A stretch of 64,000 bases of DNA from Octopus vulgaris. Its lineage: Eukaryota. Position numbers and translations under genes: made by a program. A model generated the notes under the pieces. That model was not told the origin of the DNA. It worked only from the letters and a program-made list of their open reading frames with translations, and made no database searches. Where the stretch lies: positions 170,624,001 through 170,688,000 of the forward strand of contig OX597816.1 in the NCBI GenBank assembly GCA_951406725.2. The letters are read 5' to 3'. This document shows, in pieces, positions 53,405 to 64,000 of the stretch; within the stretch, counting starts at the first letter, position 1, and each line of letters opens with the position of its first letter.

Positions 53405-53405
<1 letters not shown>
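52405..53405 (+). mobile_element. PLE 3' fragment (Neptune-like linker and GIY-YIG, decayed)
   Basis: KKCGRPNSGTCPYL...NFICTSENLMYAIT*LAYGNQYISQ...EHIERCA...RMRKEATFINKFYPQLN*. Core-less hammerhead at 53179-53208. Confidence 0.85.
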
Positions 53406-53463
<58 letters not shown>

Positions 53464-53467
<4 letters not shown>

Positions 53468-53606
53468 ACGCAGTAAGAATTTTGGGTAATCCTTTATAAG
53501 CGCTTTCATTTGTTTTTCGAATTCATCACAACAAAATTGACTTGAAGTGTTCGAAAAAAGAACGAAAGCGCTAAAACAAGATTGTCCGAAATTCTGACTG
53601 CCTCTT
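53464..53606. repeat. Old inverted pLTR pair with two decayed hammerhead motifs
   Basis: 53464-53529 resembles the reverse complement of 53542-53606. Both arms have TGA...hairpin...GAA AGCGCT. Confidence 0.55.
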
Positions 53607-53645
53607 TTTTCTCAATATACAATATCTGTACACCACTTCAAACAC

Positions 53646-53704
<59 letters not shown>

Positions 53705-54955
53705 AAACATATATCAAGAAAGAAGCACACTCTAAAGAATAGAGCCCTAATTATAACAACGAACATTAAAATCTTGGACGTAAAGTTACCAAAGGTTTCG
53801 TATCCTCAAAGCCGAAATCTCATGGTCATCTCGTCATACAGTATACAAACTCAAAGCATCTACGTTTTCTACGTTGCAGACGTGGGGCTATACTCAGAAA
53901 TCGAGATATAATCTTAACATATAAAAACGTTGATGAGGACAGGTTGTTACCCCTAGACCAGATGATAGAACAACCCTTATAGACCCGAAAAAACTTAACT
54001 AGCAAACGGGGTGATCCAGTTTTCCAGTAGGTAACGTTTGAAGTGGACACATTTAGAAAACTCTTGTTTGTGACAATTTAACGTGCCAGGCTGAGTATAG
54101 ACCTTAATAATTTCCGCGATGCAGATTTGGCAGGGTTTAGTCCCATTACTATATGGGCCTGAACGATCTAATATTTTCCACCTGATATCACGCGACATCC
54201 CTTGATCTTTGAGGTGTCACACATGGCGGGCCAGGGACGTTACACACCATCTTTCTGAACTCTGAAAGATGACTGGTGGTTGTGGAAGCGACGCTTAAAA
54301 GACGAAATGGCAGATCCAATATATTTGCAAACTTGGAATGTACCCATATTCGCAATCCTGATATATCTCTCATCGGCTCCGTGCCTGGAGATGCTATTGG
54401 CAACACCGTTGTTGACGTAGTTAATATGGTGCAAGGATCCGGCGGTGTTATCGCCGTGGATATCACTACTGGTCATATGGTTGGTGATGTATCTGCCAGC
54501 GTTTGTACGGGTGCGGCCAATGGTAACATATGGAGCGGAGCCGGGCATCCCATCGGTGTCGAAGATAATTGTTTGGTCATCATCTGTAGTGGCAGTATTG
54601 GGAACGCCGGATAGCTCCCCTATGTCACTGTTCCTGGGTTGATCATCATCTCTATGTGTGACGATTTTACTGGTGGTAACATATGGTGCAGGGCTGGTCA
54701 CTCTATCTATGTCTATGACATCGTTTTGTTTATCGTCTGTGGTGGTGGTTGTACTGGGGGTCATCGAATATGCTCTCTGTAACGCTAATCTCGGACTGAT
54801 CATCATCTCTGGGTGTGGTGATTCTACTGGCGTGAGAACTGGTTAATCCGCTAAAATTGTTGCTGGATCGTACATTGTTTAGAATGCGGATAGCAAGTCT
54901 AGGTATCACCATAGCTTCAACCTCGCATCAGCCTCCAACTGGACAGTTATTATAT
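53705..54955 (-). mobile_element. PLE 3' fragment, GIY-YIG with CPxxGxC linker and C-terminal CxxC...CxH (tentatively Naiad-like)
   Basis: NNCPVGG*CEVEAMV near 54950-54907, KYIGSAISSFKRRFHNHQSSF, IRWKILDRSGPYSNGTKPCQICIAE...LNCHKQEFSKCVHFKRYLL. Decayed hammerhead at 53785-53839. Confidence 0.85.
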
Positions 54956-54974
54956 ACCCTGTATATGTATGTAA

Positions 54975-56578
54975 TCACATGAATAATAACAGATTATGGA
55001 TAATTGTCAGCTCATTTTAGCTGTTTCTTACGCATTATTAATAGAAGAATGAGAACACTACTTCAGTACAAAAAACAAAACGTAATGATCAGATGAAACG
55101 TAATTTTACAAACAAAGGAACATCCCAAGAATGCAGCAGGGACGTGGCTGAAGCCTGTAGAGGCTAACTGTGAAATGGGAGAATGACCGACGATCTTTGC
55201 ATTAGAGGGAGGGGTTAGGTTAAGAATATAATTTGTGAAAGGGTGTATAGCAGGTTACATGTGGGGTGGATGTAGGTGGTATTTTATTATACTAGGCTTA
55301 GAGAAGTGGGTAGCTGGCAGAAGATCGAAGATAAAATAAAGATAAAGGATAAAGAAAGTAAAAAGTAAAAGTGAATATAAATGCATAAATAAAGCTAGGC
55401 ATATGGTCGGGGTTCAGAATTCGCTAGCTAAGGCTAAAGAACAAAAGGGAAGAGAACAAAGATACACAGAATTTAGGGGTATTCTGTGGTTATAGGTTGA
55501 ATGTTAGGGGAGGGTACGAAGGCAATCAAATGATAAGTCCTAACTGTTATACGCGATTGATTTATCTGCTAAAGTGGAAAGATGTAGGACGTTGTTTTAG
55601 ATACGAATATGTTTTATGGGATGGTGGAAACCACTTTACAATATGAGGACATGTTTGCCTGGAGAGGAAATACCTGGTGGCAATAGTAGTGTACTACTTA
55701 TCATCAAGGACCTCAAAGAAATAGGAGGTTATATAATAAACTACACCTATTACCGAGTTAGAGCAAATACCAGATCGGATATCCAAAAAAGCCAACAGTA
55801 GGAAATAGTGTAATGATTAACAATTTGGAATCTTATAAAAAGGCATTGATATTTAATTACATAGTATAATCCCCATTTTGTGGATCAGGTAATGCAACTC
55901 TGGACAATTGTCGCAGGTAAAATGTTTGGATAGTGTGTCCCATCTATTATTTAACATGCACAGCACAAATAACTGCATATTGGTATAAGGATTACTTACT
56001 TAGTGGAACTGGTAAAGAACTGGCTAGAATGGGGAGGCTGCTACTTCTAGGTTAGATATTTTCGCTATCGCTGATGCATAATACTGGGTACACCACAAAT
56101 AGAATGGTTACTTCCTTCAATATAGCACACCATGCAAGAGCGGTTAGGAAGTAACGGTAAGCAAGAACGAGACTAAAAGGAATCAGACAATTAAAACCAA
56201 TCAACTTTAGTTGGAGTAAATTTGATTGGTCTTATGTTAGGAACTATTCTAGAGGTTGTTTAAGGTCCTTAAAATATTTAAAGGTGCGGGTAGCCTTATG
56301 TATATAGGAAAGACTAAGATCTAGTTTATTATTTATTAGATTTTCTCTAATTGGTTTCTAAAATTTCGAACAGCTCCATGCAGCAAACCCTGCACCCGTA
56401 TCTGCTGTTTGAGTACAATATAGCGACCCTAATGATGCCCAACTCAAATCAAATTTAGCACTTCGTGGCTAGAACAGTCCTGCCTGCCCTGTGTCTTAAT
56501 TTCCATAGGCCGGAACCACAGGTTTATCCAAACCTACCTGGGGTATATCTTTTCAAGTACTCGATTCTATCTGAATCC
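54975..56578 (-). pseudogene. Very decayed PLE relic
   Basis: Scattered remnants in expected order (xTCG near 56520, GRYIV, SFLY, IPFS, GVVYYIT near 55740) and a CTGAAG...GAAACAGCT remnant near 55013-55070. Confidence 0.4.
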
Positions 56579-56647
56579 TTATTCTACTATGTATGTATGT
56601 ATATATGTATGCATGTATGTATATATGTATGTATGTATATATGTATG

Positions 56648-56699
<52 letters not shown>

Positions 56700-56871
56700 A
56701 CTCTTAATTTCAGCGGAGGCAATGCGAGCAGAAACTAAAGGAACATTACTAAGATCCACACACAAAGATCAAATACATACATATACTCATATATTCATTT
56801 ATATCTACAGAATGGACATAAAATCCGACATATATAAATATGATAATATATATAAATAGATAAAAATCATA

Positions 56872-57172
56872 TCTATATATATAAAAGAAAGGTTGTGTGG
56901 TGTCTGTCTCTTACGATTTAGATTCCTAACTACTCCCACATTTTGCGGTGCAGTTTAACCAAAACCGGGTATCTTATAGTCGTGATTCATATCGAGCCCT
57001 TCTGGGTATTAGCGCGTGTCTACGATGAGTCTACGATTTAAAAAAAAAATTACCATCATTTTTTTCCATTTTTAATGCATTTTTTGCTATTATATAAGGT
57101 AAGTAACTCTCTAAAAATGCTTATATAGTTATTTCCCTTACAAACCCGAGCAACGCCGGACGATACTGCTAG
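56872..57172 (+). mobile_element. Non-autonomous Helitron (short form)
   Basis: A|TC ... CCCGAGCAACGCCGGA ... CTAG|T. Homologous to 4066-4561 but with a single internal unit. Confidence 0.9.
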
Positions 57173-57508
57173 TAATATATATAAATATATAATAATCAGT
57201 GTTACATAGAAAACACAGTGAATTTGCGCTTAAAATTACATAACGTGGGTAAATAAAAAAATTTGGGATAATAAAACATAAAAAGGACATATTAAAATGA
57301 CGTATTTAAATTCCAGAAAAAATACAGAAAAAATACAAAAATACGAAAGTGTGGATCTTAATGTTCCCTTAGTCCATGCTCGCATTGCCTCTGCTCAAAT
57401 TAAGAAGTGGAATATAGCTCACTTGGAACACTATAACTCCAGTCTGTATTATATTTCGAGTACTGTTATTACTAGCTATCTCAAGATAAAACTGTGTATT
57501 TTGTATAT

Positions 57509-57547
<39 letters not shown>

Positions 57548-57916
57548 GCAACTGCTGAGTAGCGCCACATGCTAGCCCCTGTCTATGTGGAAAATGAGGT
57601 AGTTTTAGAGCCACTGGCGTCTACTTCTAGTATGTGGCTCTGCTCAGTATTTGCCTTTATTATAATTATATTTATAAAATTATATACTTTGTATTAATTT
57701 TCACCTAAATAGTTTATTACATGCTTGGTACTTGATAAAATTCTATACAGATTTTATCCTTGATTATAACGATAAATATGAAATACTTCAATGAATTTAT
57801 TCACTGCTGAATTATTTTGGTTCTTCGCATGTGGATGAGATGAACGAACTAGATTAAGTTGTATATAAATATGAACATTTTTATATGCGCTGTGGATACG
57901 TTGTGTTTGTATGGTA

Positions 57917-58342
57917 TACTCTTTTACTCTTATACTTGTTTCAGTCATTTGACTGTGGCCATGCTGGAGCACCACCTTTAGTCGAGCAAATTGACCCCAG
58001 GACTTATACTTTTGTAAGCCTAGTACTTATTCTATCGGTCTCTTTTGCCGAACCGCTAAGTTACGGAGACGTAAACACACCAGCATCGGTTGTCAAGCGA
58101 TTTGGGGGGGGGACAAACACAGACACACAAAGACATACACACACATACATACATATATATATTCATATGTACATATATACGACGGGCTTCTTTCAGTTTC
58201 CGTCCACCAAATCCACTCACAAGGCATTGGTCGACCCGAGGCTATAGTAGAAAACACTTGCCCAAGATGCCACGTAGTGGGACTGAACCCGGAAGCATGT
58301 GGTCGGTAAGCAAGCTACTTACCATACAGCCACTCCTACACC
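57917..58342 (-). mobile_element. OK-like SINE
   Basis: Full-length reverse copy. Confidence 0.9.
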
Positions 58343-58371
58343 TATGCTTATAATTATGTACTCTTAGTTAT

Positions 58372-58428
58372 GTCATACTGATAAAGGTAAATGGTACTAC
58401 ATCCCTAAACTAGAAATCAATCTATGAC
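58372..58428 (+). ncRNA. Hammerhead remnant (G8A, probable CpG decay in the palindrome)
   Basis: GTCATA CTGATAA AG...CTA GAA ATCAAT C TATGAC. The 6-bp stem I is intact. Confidence 0.55.
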
Positions 58429-58802
58429 TAAACCATTTGAAAAAATCTTTTGTGTTCACTTCCCTCGCTTTTAGCCCGTGTCTATGTGATAAATAAGGAA
58501 GTTTTAGAACCATTTAGCGTCTCCTTCTATCATGTGGCGCTACCGAATAGTTGCCCTTATTATAATTATATTTATGAAATTATATACTTTGTATAAACGT
58601 TTACCTAAATGGTTTATTACATGCTCGCTACTTGATAAAATCCTATATAGATTTTATCCCTGATTATAATTACACATGCATACACACACACATACACAAT
58701 TACATATACATATATACTATGCGCGAATATATATGCGTGTGTGCGAGTACGTGTGTGTATGCATATATATATATGTATGTATATGTATATATATAAGTAT
58801 AC

Positions 58803-58908
<106 letters not shown>

Positions 58909-60625
58909 TGTATGTATGTATGTATACGCGTATATGTGGGCATGTACGTATGGATATACGTATACATTTAGGCTTTTGCATATATGTGTATGTGTGAAAA
59001 TATATGTAGAAGAGTATAGTTATACATGTAGATATATGTATGAGTTAATAAATCTGTGCTTTTATATTTCTATATGTATATGTCGAAATACATATATGAA
59101 CGTGTGTGTTAAACAATATTGACCAATGGAAGTGAAGCTCGAATGTTTTAGTGACCAATTTGTGATCAAATATAAATTAAAACCTACAAAACAAGTTTAC
59201 TTTACGTTGAGTATGTGTATACGTGTGCGCATGCATGTATCGGTGTGTACAAACAATAATATATATGCATATATTTATATATATATCTTTGTAGACAAAC
59301 TCTGTGCGCCTATTCTTGTGAGGTCCATTCCTCTGTAAGAATTACGCATGAGAAAACGTGAATGTTACTCTATGAGCTGGTCAAACGCTAATTTGCACCT
59401 ATTCATAGCTATTTGAACGGGTCGACAAACGTTAATTGCTTTAATCTTGGCTATTTTAGGTTATAAATTGCGACAAGCTCAACTATTATCGACTGATCCG
59501 CTAGAAAACAATGATCCAAACTAAAACAACTTTATAAAAATATCGTTAAAGTGAAAGTGAATTATGTGCATTTAGCTGCTACTGTTGTTGTTGTTGTTGT
59601 TGTTGTTGCTGTTGATTAATATCACGTTAGATCTAAAATGTCAGACCTATGATCAATTCCAGCATTGACCTATTCGCTTATTTTGTATAGCCAAGGGACT
59701 GATTCATTCAATGTATATTTCCCTTTATAAATTGATATTGTGTGACTGAAGATAATTCTGGCAGCTTCTTTTTTTTTTTGTAGCAAACAGAGCGACTACA
59801 TAGATGCTTACACATGCCTTCAAACTTGCACAGTAGGGTTTCACAGAATAAAAGAGAAAATTATCCAACTCCGAAATCAACAACGAAGTTTCTCAAAGAA
59901 AAGAATTGACTGAATAAAAGTAAAGTGAGAACTTCAACAAATAATTGTTCTGAGAACAAAATGCGTTTCATGTAATTATAAAACCTTAGAATTTACTTGG
60001 AGGTTAGAATGGTTATTTCAGTAACATTACAAAGGAAATGAAGCGTGGTGAAGTTTCGTTATGTACATAGTTATTGTAAACAACCTGGACTAGCAATTGC
60101 ATTCTGCTTGGTTCTAATAATGCATCATGAATTATATGGCCTCTAGGAATATATTTAGTATGTCCACACAAAAGTAGGATTGGAGCTTGTGTTTATTGTG
60201 TGATGTGTGACATGAATGGTAGAAAGATTTTCGTGGACGAGGATCACAATTCAGCTTCCATATCCAACCTAGTTCTTGTTGCCATCGGTTTTCTCATTCC
60301 CGTCGTTGTAGATGTTAATATTGCTTCAGTGTAGCCCGTCGTATAGGCAGCATCAGGTTGATCACTGATTAATGGCATTTTAATTATGATCTTCCACTAT
60401 TTTTAAATATCTGGGCACCCACCTAAATTCGGGTATAATATATATAGGACTGCAGGGTAGCTTTACGCCCTAATGAAATGCAGATTTCTTTCCGTTTTTA
60501 CGATGGTTGGTAATGATTTGAGGGAGGCTTGACTGCTGTTTCTAACAGGTTGGGCGACCTCCTATTGTCTTGATCGTAGCATATCTAATACCCATAGAAG
60601 GCCATGTTTGCACAATTGCTATCGT

Positions 60626-60666
60626 CACTTTATTCACTTAGGTTAATAACCTAAGTGAATAAAGTG
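60626..60666. repeat. Perfect 41-bp palindrome (20-bp arms, 1-nt centre)
   Basis: CACTTTATTCACTTAGGTTA A TAACCTAAGTGAATAAAGTG. Confidence 0.97.
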
Positions 60667-61536
60667 GTTGAGATCTTACGTGAATGAAGTAAACAAATAT
60701 TTATTTCTTAAAATCTTTTAAAATGTTAAAAACAGTGTTAGCTGCTTCTACGTGAAGTCTCAAGGATTATTGTCTCCTCGGTAGAAACTATAAAGTCTAG
60801 GAATATATAGCTTTCTAATTAACTTTAACGCTATATATATTTAAGATAAATGAGGCTGTCAATTATAGCAATTATATACTTCAGTAAAAGCGGAATGATA
60901 TCTTCTTACAAATAAATTATTAAAAGGATTTTCAAATCGTTAAGTGCTAAATTGAAATATTGTGTTAGAAGGAGTTTTGTTGCTCTCTCACTCAAATGCG
61001 CTCTACACATAATAATCAACTCTGGGGAATAGGGTGGCCAGATGTTAGGCCATAATTTTTATTGAAAGGTACGAAATTATGTATCCGAGGCAATCAAAGG
61101 CTGGATAACCATAGTTTCAATATCTTGATCACTGGTTAGTTCAGCTAAGTCTGAGTTAAACAATGACAACAACAGCAACAGCAACATTGAATATAAGATA
61201 CTAAGCTTGGTATACAACTTTAGAGACAAGACCTTTTCTATGGAATACATCCTATGATTAAACAATTTCTGTTATTGAGAAAACTAAATATGTCGACATT
61301 TTTCAGTATAAAGCAATTTGATGTTTCTTTCTTATAACACAGTGCAATTTCATTTCAAGATGCAGATTGATTTGTTGTGTTCTACCAGAGAGAATGCTAT
61401 AAAATACTAATTACATTATCTGTTCTTCGGTTATTAACGTCTTGATTAATTTGGTCTGTTAGAAGCAGTCCAGGCGAAGTTTAATCATTCAGGTTAATTA
61501 TCTAGACGACAAAAATAATAGAGTGCTGTTTTTAAA

Positions 61537-61760
61537 TACTCTTTACTCTTTTTTCTCTCTTTTTACTTGTTTCAGTCATTTGACTGCGGCCATGCTGGAG
61601 CACCGCCTTTAGTCGAGCAAATCGACCCCGGGACTTATTCTTTGTAAGTCCAGTACTTATTCTATCGGTCTCTTTTGCCGAACCACTAAGTGACGGGGAC
61701 GTAAACACACCAGCATCGGCATTCAAACAATGCTAGGGGGACAAACACAGACACACAAAT

Positions 61761-61795
<35 letters not shown>

Positions 61796-61966
61796 CATAT
61801 ATACGACAGGCTTCTTTCAGTTTCCGTCTACCAAATCCACTCACAAGGCATTGGTCGGCCCGGGACTATAGTAGAAGACACTTGCCCAAGATGCCACACA
61901 GTGGGACTGAACCCGGAACCATGTGGTTGGTTAGCAAGCTACTTACCACACAGCCACTCCTGCGCC
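61537..61966 (-). mobile_element. OK-like SINE
   Basis: Full-length reverse copy. Confidence 0.92.
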
Positions 61967-62199
61967 TATACTCCTGTTCAGTATTTTGGTACTTTTATAT
62001 TCCGAGTTCAAATCCAGCAGATATTATCATTAGCTTTCAACTGTACGTGAGACAGAGAGAAAATAGTGTTGACTGCACGAATATGCCTAACTATAAAGTT
62101 CTCTTCAAAATGTGCGGTCTTTATCAATGGCAATATTGTCTAAACTTACTAAAACCCTTAGGGCAGAGATTCTCACAGTAAACGGTACCACTCCTTGTG

Positions 62200-63400
62200 G
62201 GTCAAAGGGGACATTGATAGATTCATCTTGTAGCTCCCCTAATTTCCAAACATTATTGAAATTTTTTTTTCGAAGTTAATGTTAGTGATCGAAATTTTGA
62301 TGAAATTACTTAGGTACCAGTAATGCTATCGTCAGCAGCTTTTTGTGGTGTATTTAATTTTGTTGAATCGTTGTAAGGGAGCAATAGAAAAGTGGCAATT
62401 AATGAAGAGTCTGAAAAACATTGGCTTAGAGAATGTATTGTATAAAATTCACCTACCCGTAAAAGAAAATTGTCTACGAAAGAATGTGGATTATCCTCTT
62501 TATTAAATACTGGTTGCTTTATCATCAGCTTGAGCCGGAATGTTAGCAACAGAAGTGTTATTGCTACCATAAAGAATATTCGGAACAAAAGGTAAAATAT
62601 GGTCACCTGAAACATAGAAAAAAGAATATTATTACTAAATATTTTTAACTGTATTTGACTTTTTTAAATTGTACAATATGTAGGCAAGTAGAAGAGAAAT
62701 AGAAGGTATAGCGAGGTAGGAATGGTAAATCAATGATAAAATATATTTTGATTTTCAGAGGTATTAATATTAATATTAATTTTATCCACCCGAATTTGGT
62801 GAAATGTAGAGCTGTGTGATAAGGGTAGTGTAGTAGAGTTTACAAACACACAAGCACTGTCATTTGATGTGTATTTGAATTAAGACGTGTAACCTGGACA
62901 GCGGATGTTAATGTTTGAGCAACTTAGGTGTCAAAAAGAAATGGAATGTGTGGTTTGTGCTTTATTAAGAAATGACGACTGGCACTTAGATTGAAACGCA
63001 TTTCACAGATGTTAGAGAAGAGGAGATACCTATTGGTCAGACGATGTGATACGCATACCATCTAGAGGAATAAATTTGGCCTCTGTGCGAAAATACATTA
63101 TAAGAGTTTAGACTGAAAGAAAACTAGAGAATCTTCTTGTGGATACAGTCCGTGTACCCACAAGTAGATTCAGTGCTTTATTTACAATAGTATCCTCTCG
63201 TGGTTTTACAAGGGTTCGTCCATTTGGAAAGATCTTTAACAGTGTGATAGGAACAGCGTTAGCAGAAGAGGAATAAAGGAAGAAAGCAGAGGAAGTGAAA
63301 GGTTGAAACGTCGTTTGCATTTAGAGACTAACATAATCCACAAAGCAACGATGAGTCTGACAATGAATAGATTTAGTGAAGTCTCGCTCTGCTGCTTAAT
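62200..63400 (-). pseudogene. Possible ancient PLE RT relic
   Basis: Weak remnants only: HTALHFT near 62810 (compare HPxLxFT) and LLPYNDSTKL near 62375. Confidence 0.3.
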
Positions 63401-63664
63401 TTATTTCATTTCTTTTATTTTCCCACGATTTAAGTGAGCATTTGTATGTAGCAAAATTACGCTTTCTCTTGAAAGGATTCGCTTATTAGCTTTTGTCTTT
63501 GGAATTGATCTTTATATACCACGGTGAAAACGTTTTGGTATTTTATTAAGTTATGTTTGTTCAGTCATTATTTCAGAATATATATCAATTCAGTTAGCTT
63601 TATGATTGAATAAGTAGCTGTCGTGGGAGAATCAAGTACCGGTTGCTCTTCGACTGGATGAAGG

Positions 63665-63678
63665 AGTAGTAGTAGTAT

Positions 63679-63737
<59 letters not shown>
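63665..63737. repeat. (AGT)n microsatellite
   Basis: Direct reading. Confidence 0.95.
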
Positions 63738-63929
63738 AAAGGATTAGTAGGAAACTTTTAGTTATCACGCTATTCACGTTTCCGCCGAAGGGAAAGAATA
63801 TTATTCTGTTTAACGAATATATTTGGAAGACAATTTTAAAAACACAATATTCTTCAATTCTTCATCGTGCTAACAAATTCTTTAGCGTCTTACTAAATAA
63901 GCAAATTATATATATATATATTATTTTAT

Positions 63930-64000
63930 CCTTTTACGTGTTTCAATAATTTGACTGCGGCCATGCTGGAGCACCGCCTTAAAGGGGTTTAGTCGGAGAA
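63930..64000 (-). mobile_element. OK-like SINE 3' end, cut by the window edge
   Basis: TTTGACTGCGGCCATGCTGGAGCACCGCC. Confidence 0.8.

Larger units (their letters stand above)
57542..58670 (+). mobile_element. PLE-type partial-tandem pLTR with 5' inversion, interrupted by a SINE
   Basis: ~200-bp diverged direct repeats 57573-57769 and 58472-58669. A ~30-bp inverted piece at 57542-57571. Hammerhead remnant at 58372-58428. Confidence 0.65.

Noticed and set aside
54925-54935. In-frame TGA in CPVGG*C as possible selenocysteine
   Set aside because: The stop falls at the variable position before the Cys, consistent with CGA-to-TGA decay.

Overview
AT-rich eukaryotic non-coding DNA made almost entirely of transposon relics and microsatellites. 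The repeat inventory looks cephalopod, probably Octopus (inferred from repeat types, not verified). I see no intact host gene, rRNA, true tRNA or CRISPR array, and the ORF-track entries are microsatellite artefacts, SINE read-through or decayed TE fragments. Contents: about 14 copies of a ~410-bp tRNA-headed SINE, about 12 copies of a Meta-domain-like SINE, three other tRNA-headed SINEs, four non-autonomous Helitrons, four mariner relics, R4/Dong-clade LINE fragments and a ~550-bp non-coding element in (TAA)n/(GAT)n arrays, RTE and CR1/L2-type LINE 3' ends, and many Penelope-like element (PLE) relics. The main hidden signal is RNA structure. About 16 minimal type-I hammerhead ribozyme motifs (intact, variant or decayed) from about a dozen sequence-unrelated families sit in PLE pseudo-LTR remnants and foldback palindromes beside (TA)n tracts. 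They include compensatory core variants (C3-G8, G3-C8, A3-U8) and palindromic stem IIIs that suggest dimeric cleavage. All folds and coordinates were read by eye, so boundaries of decayed elements are approximate.
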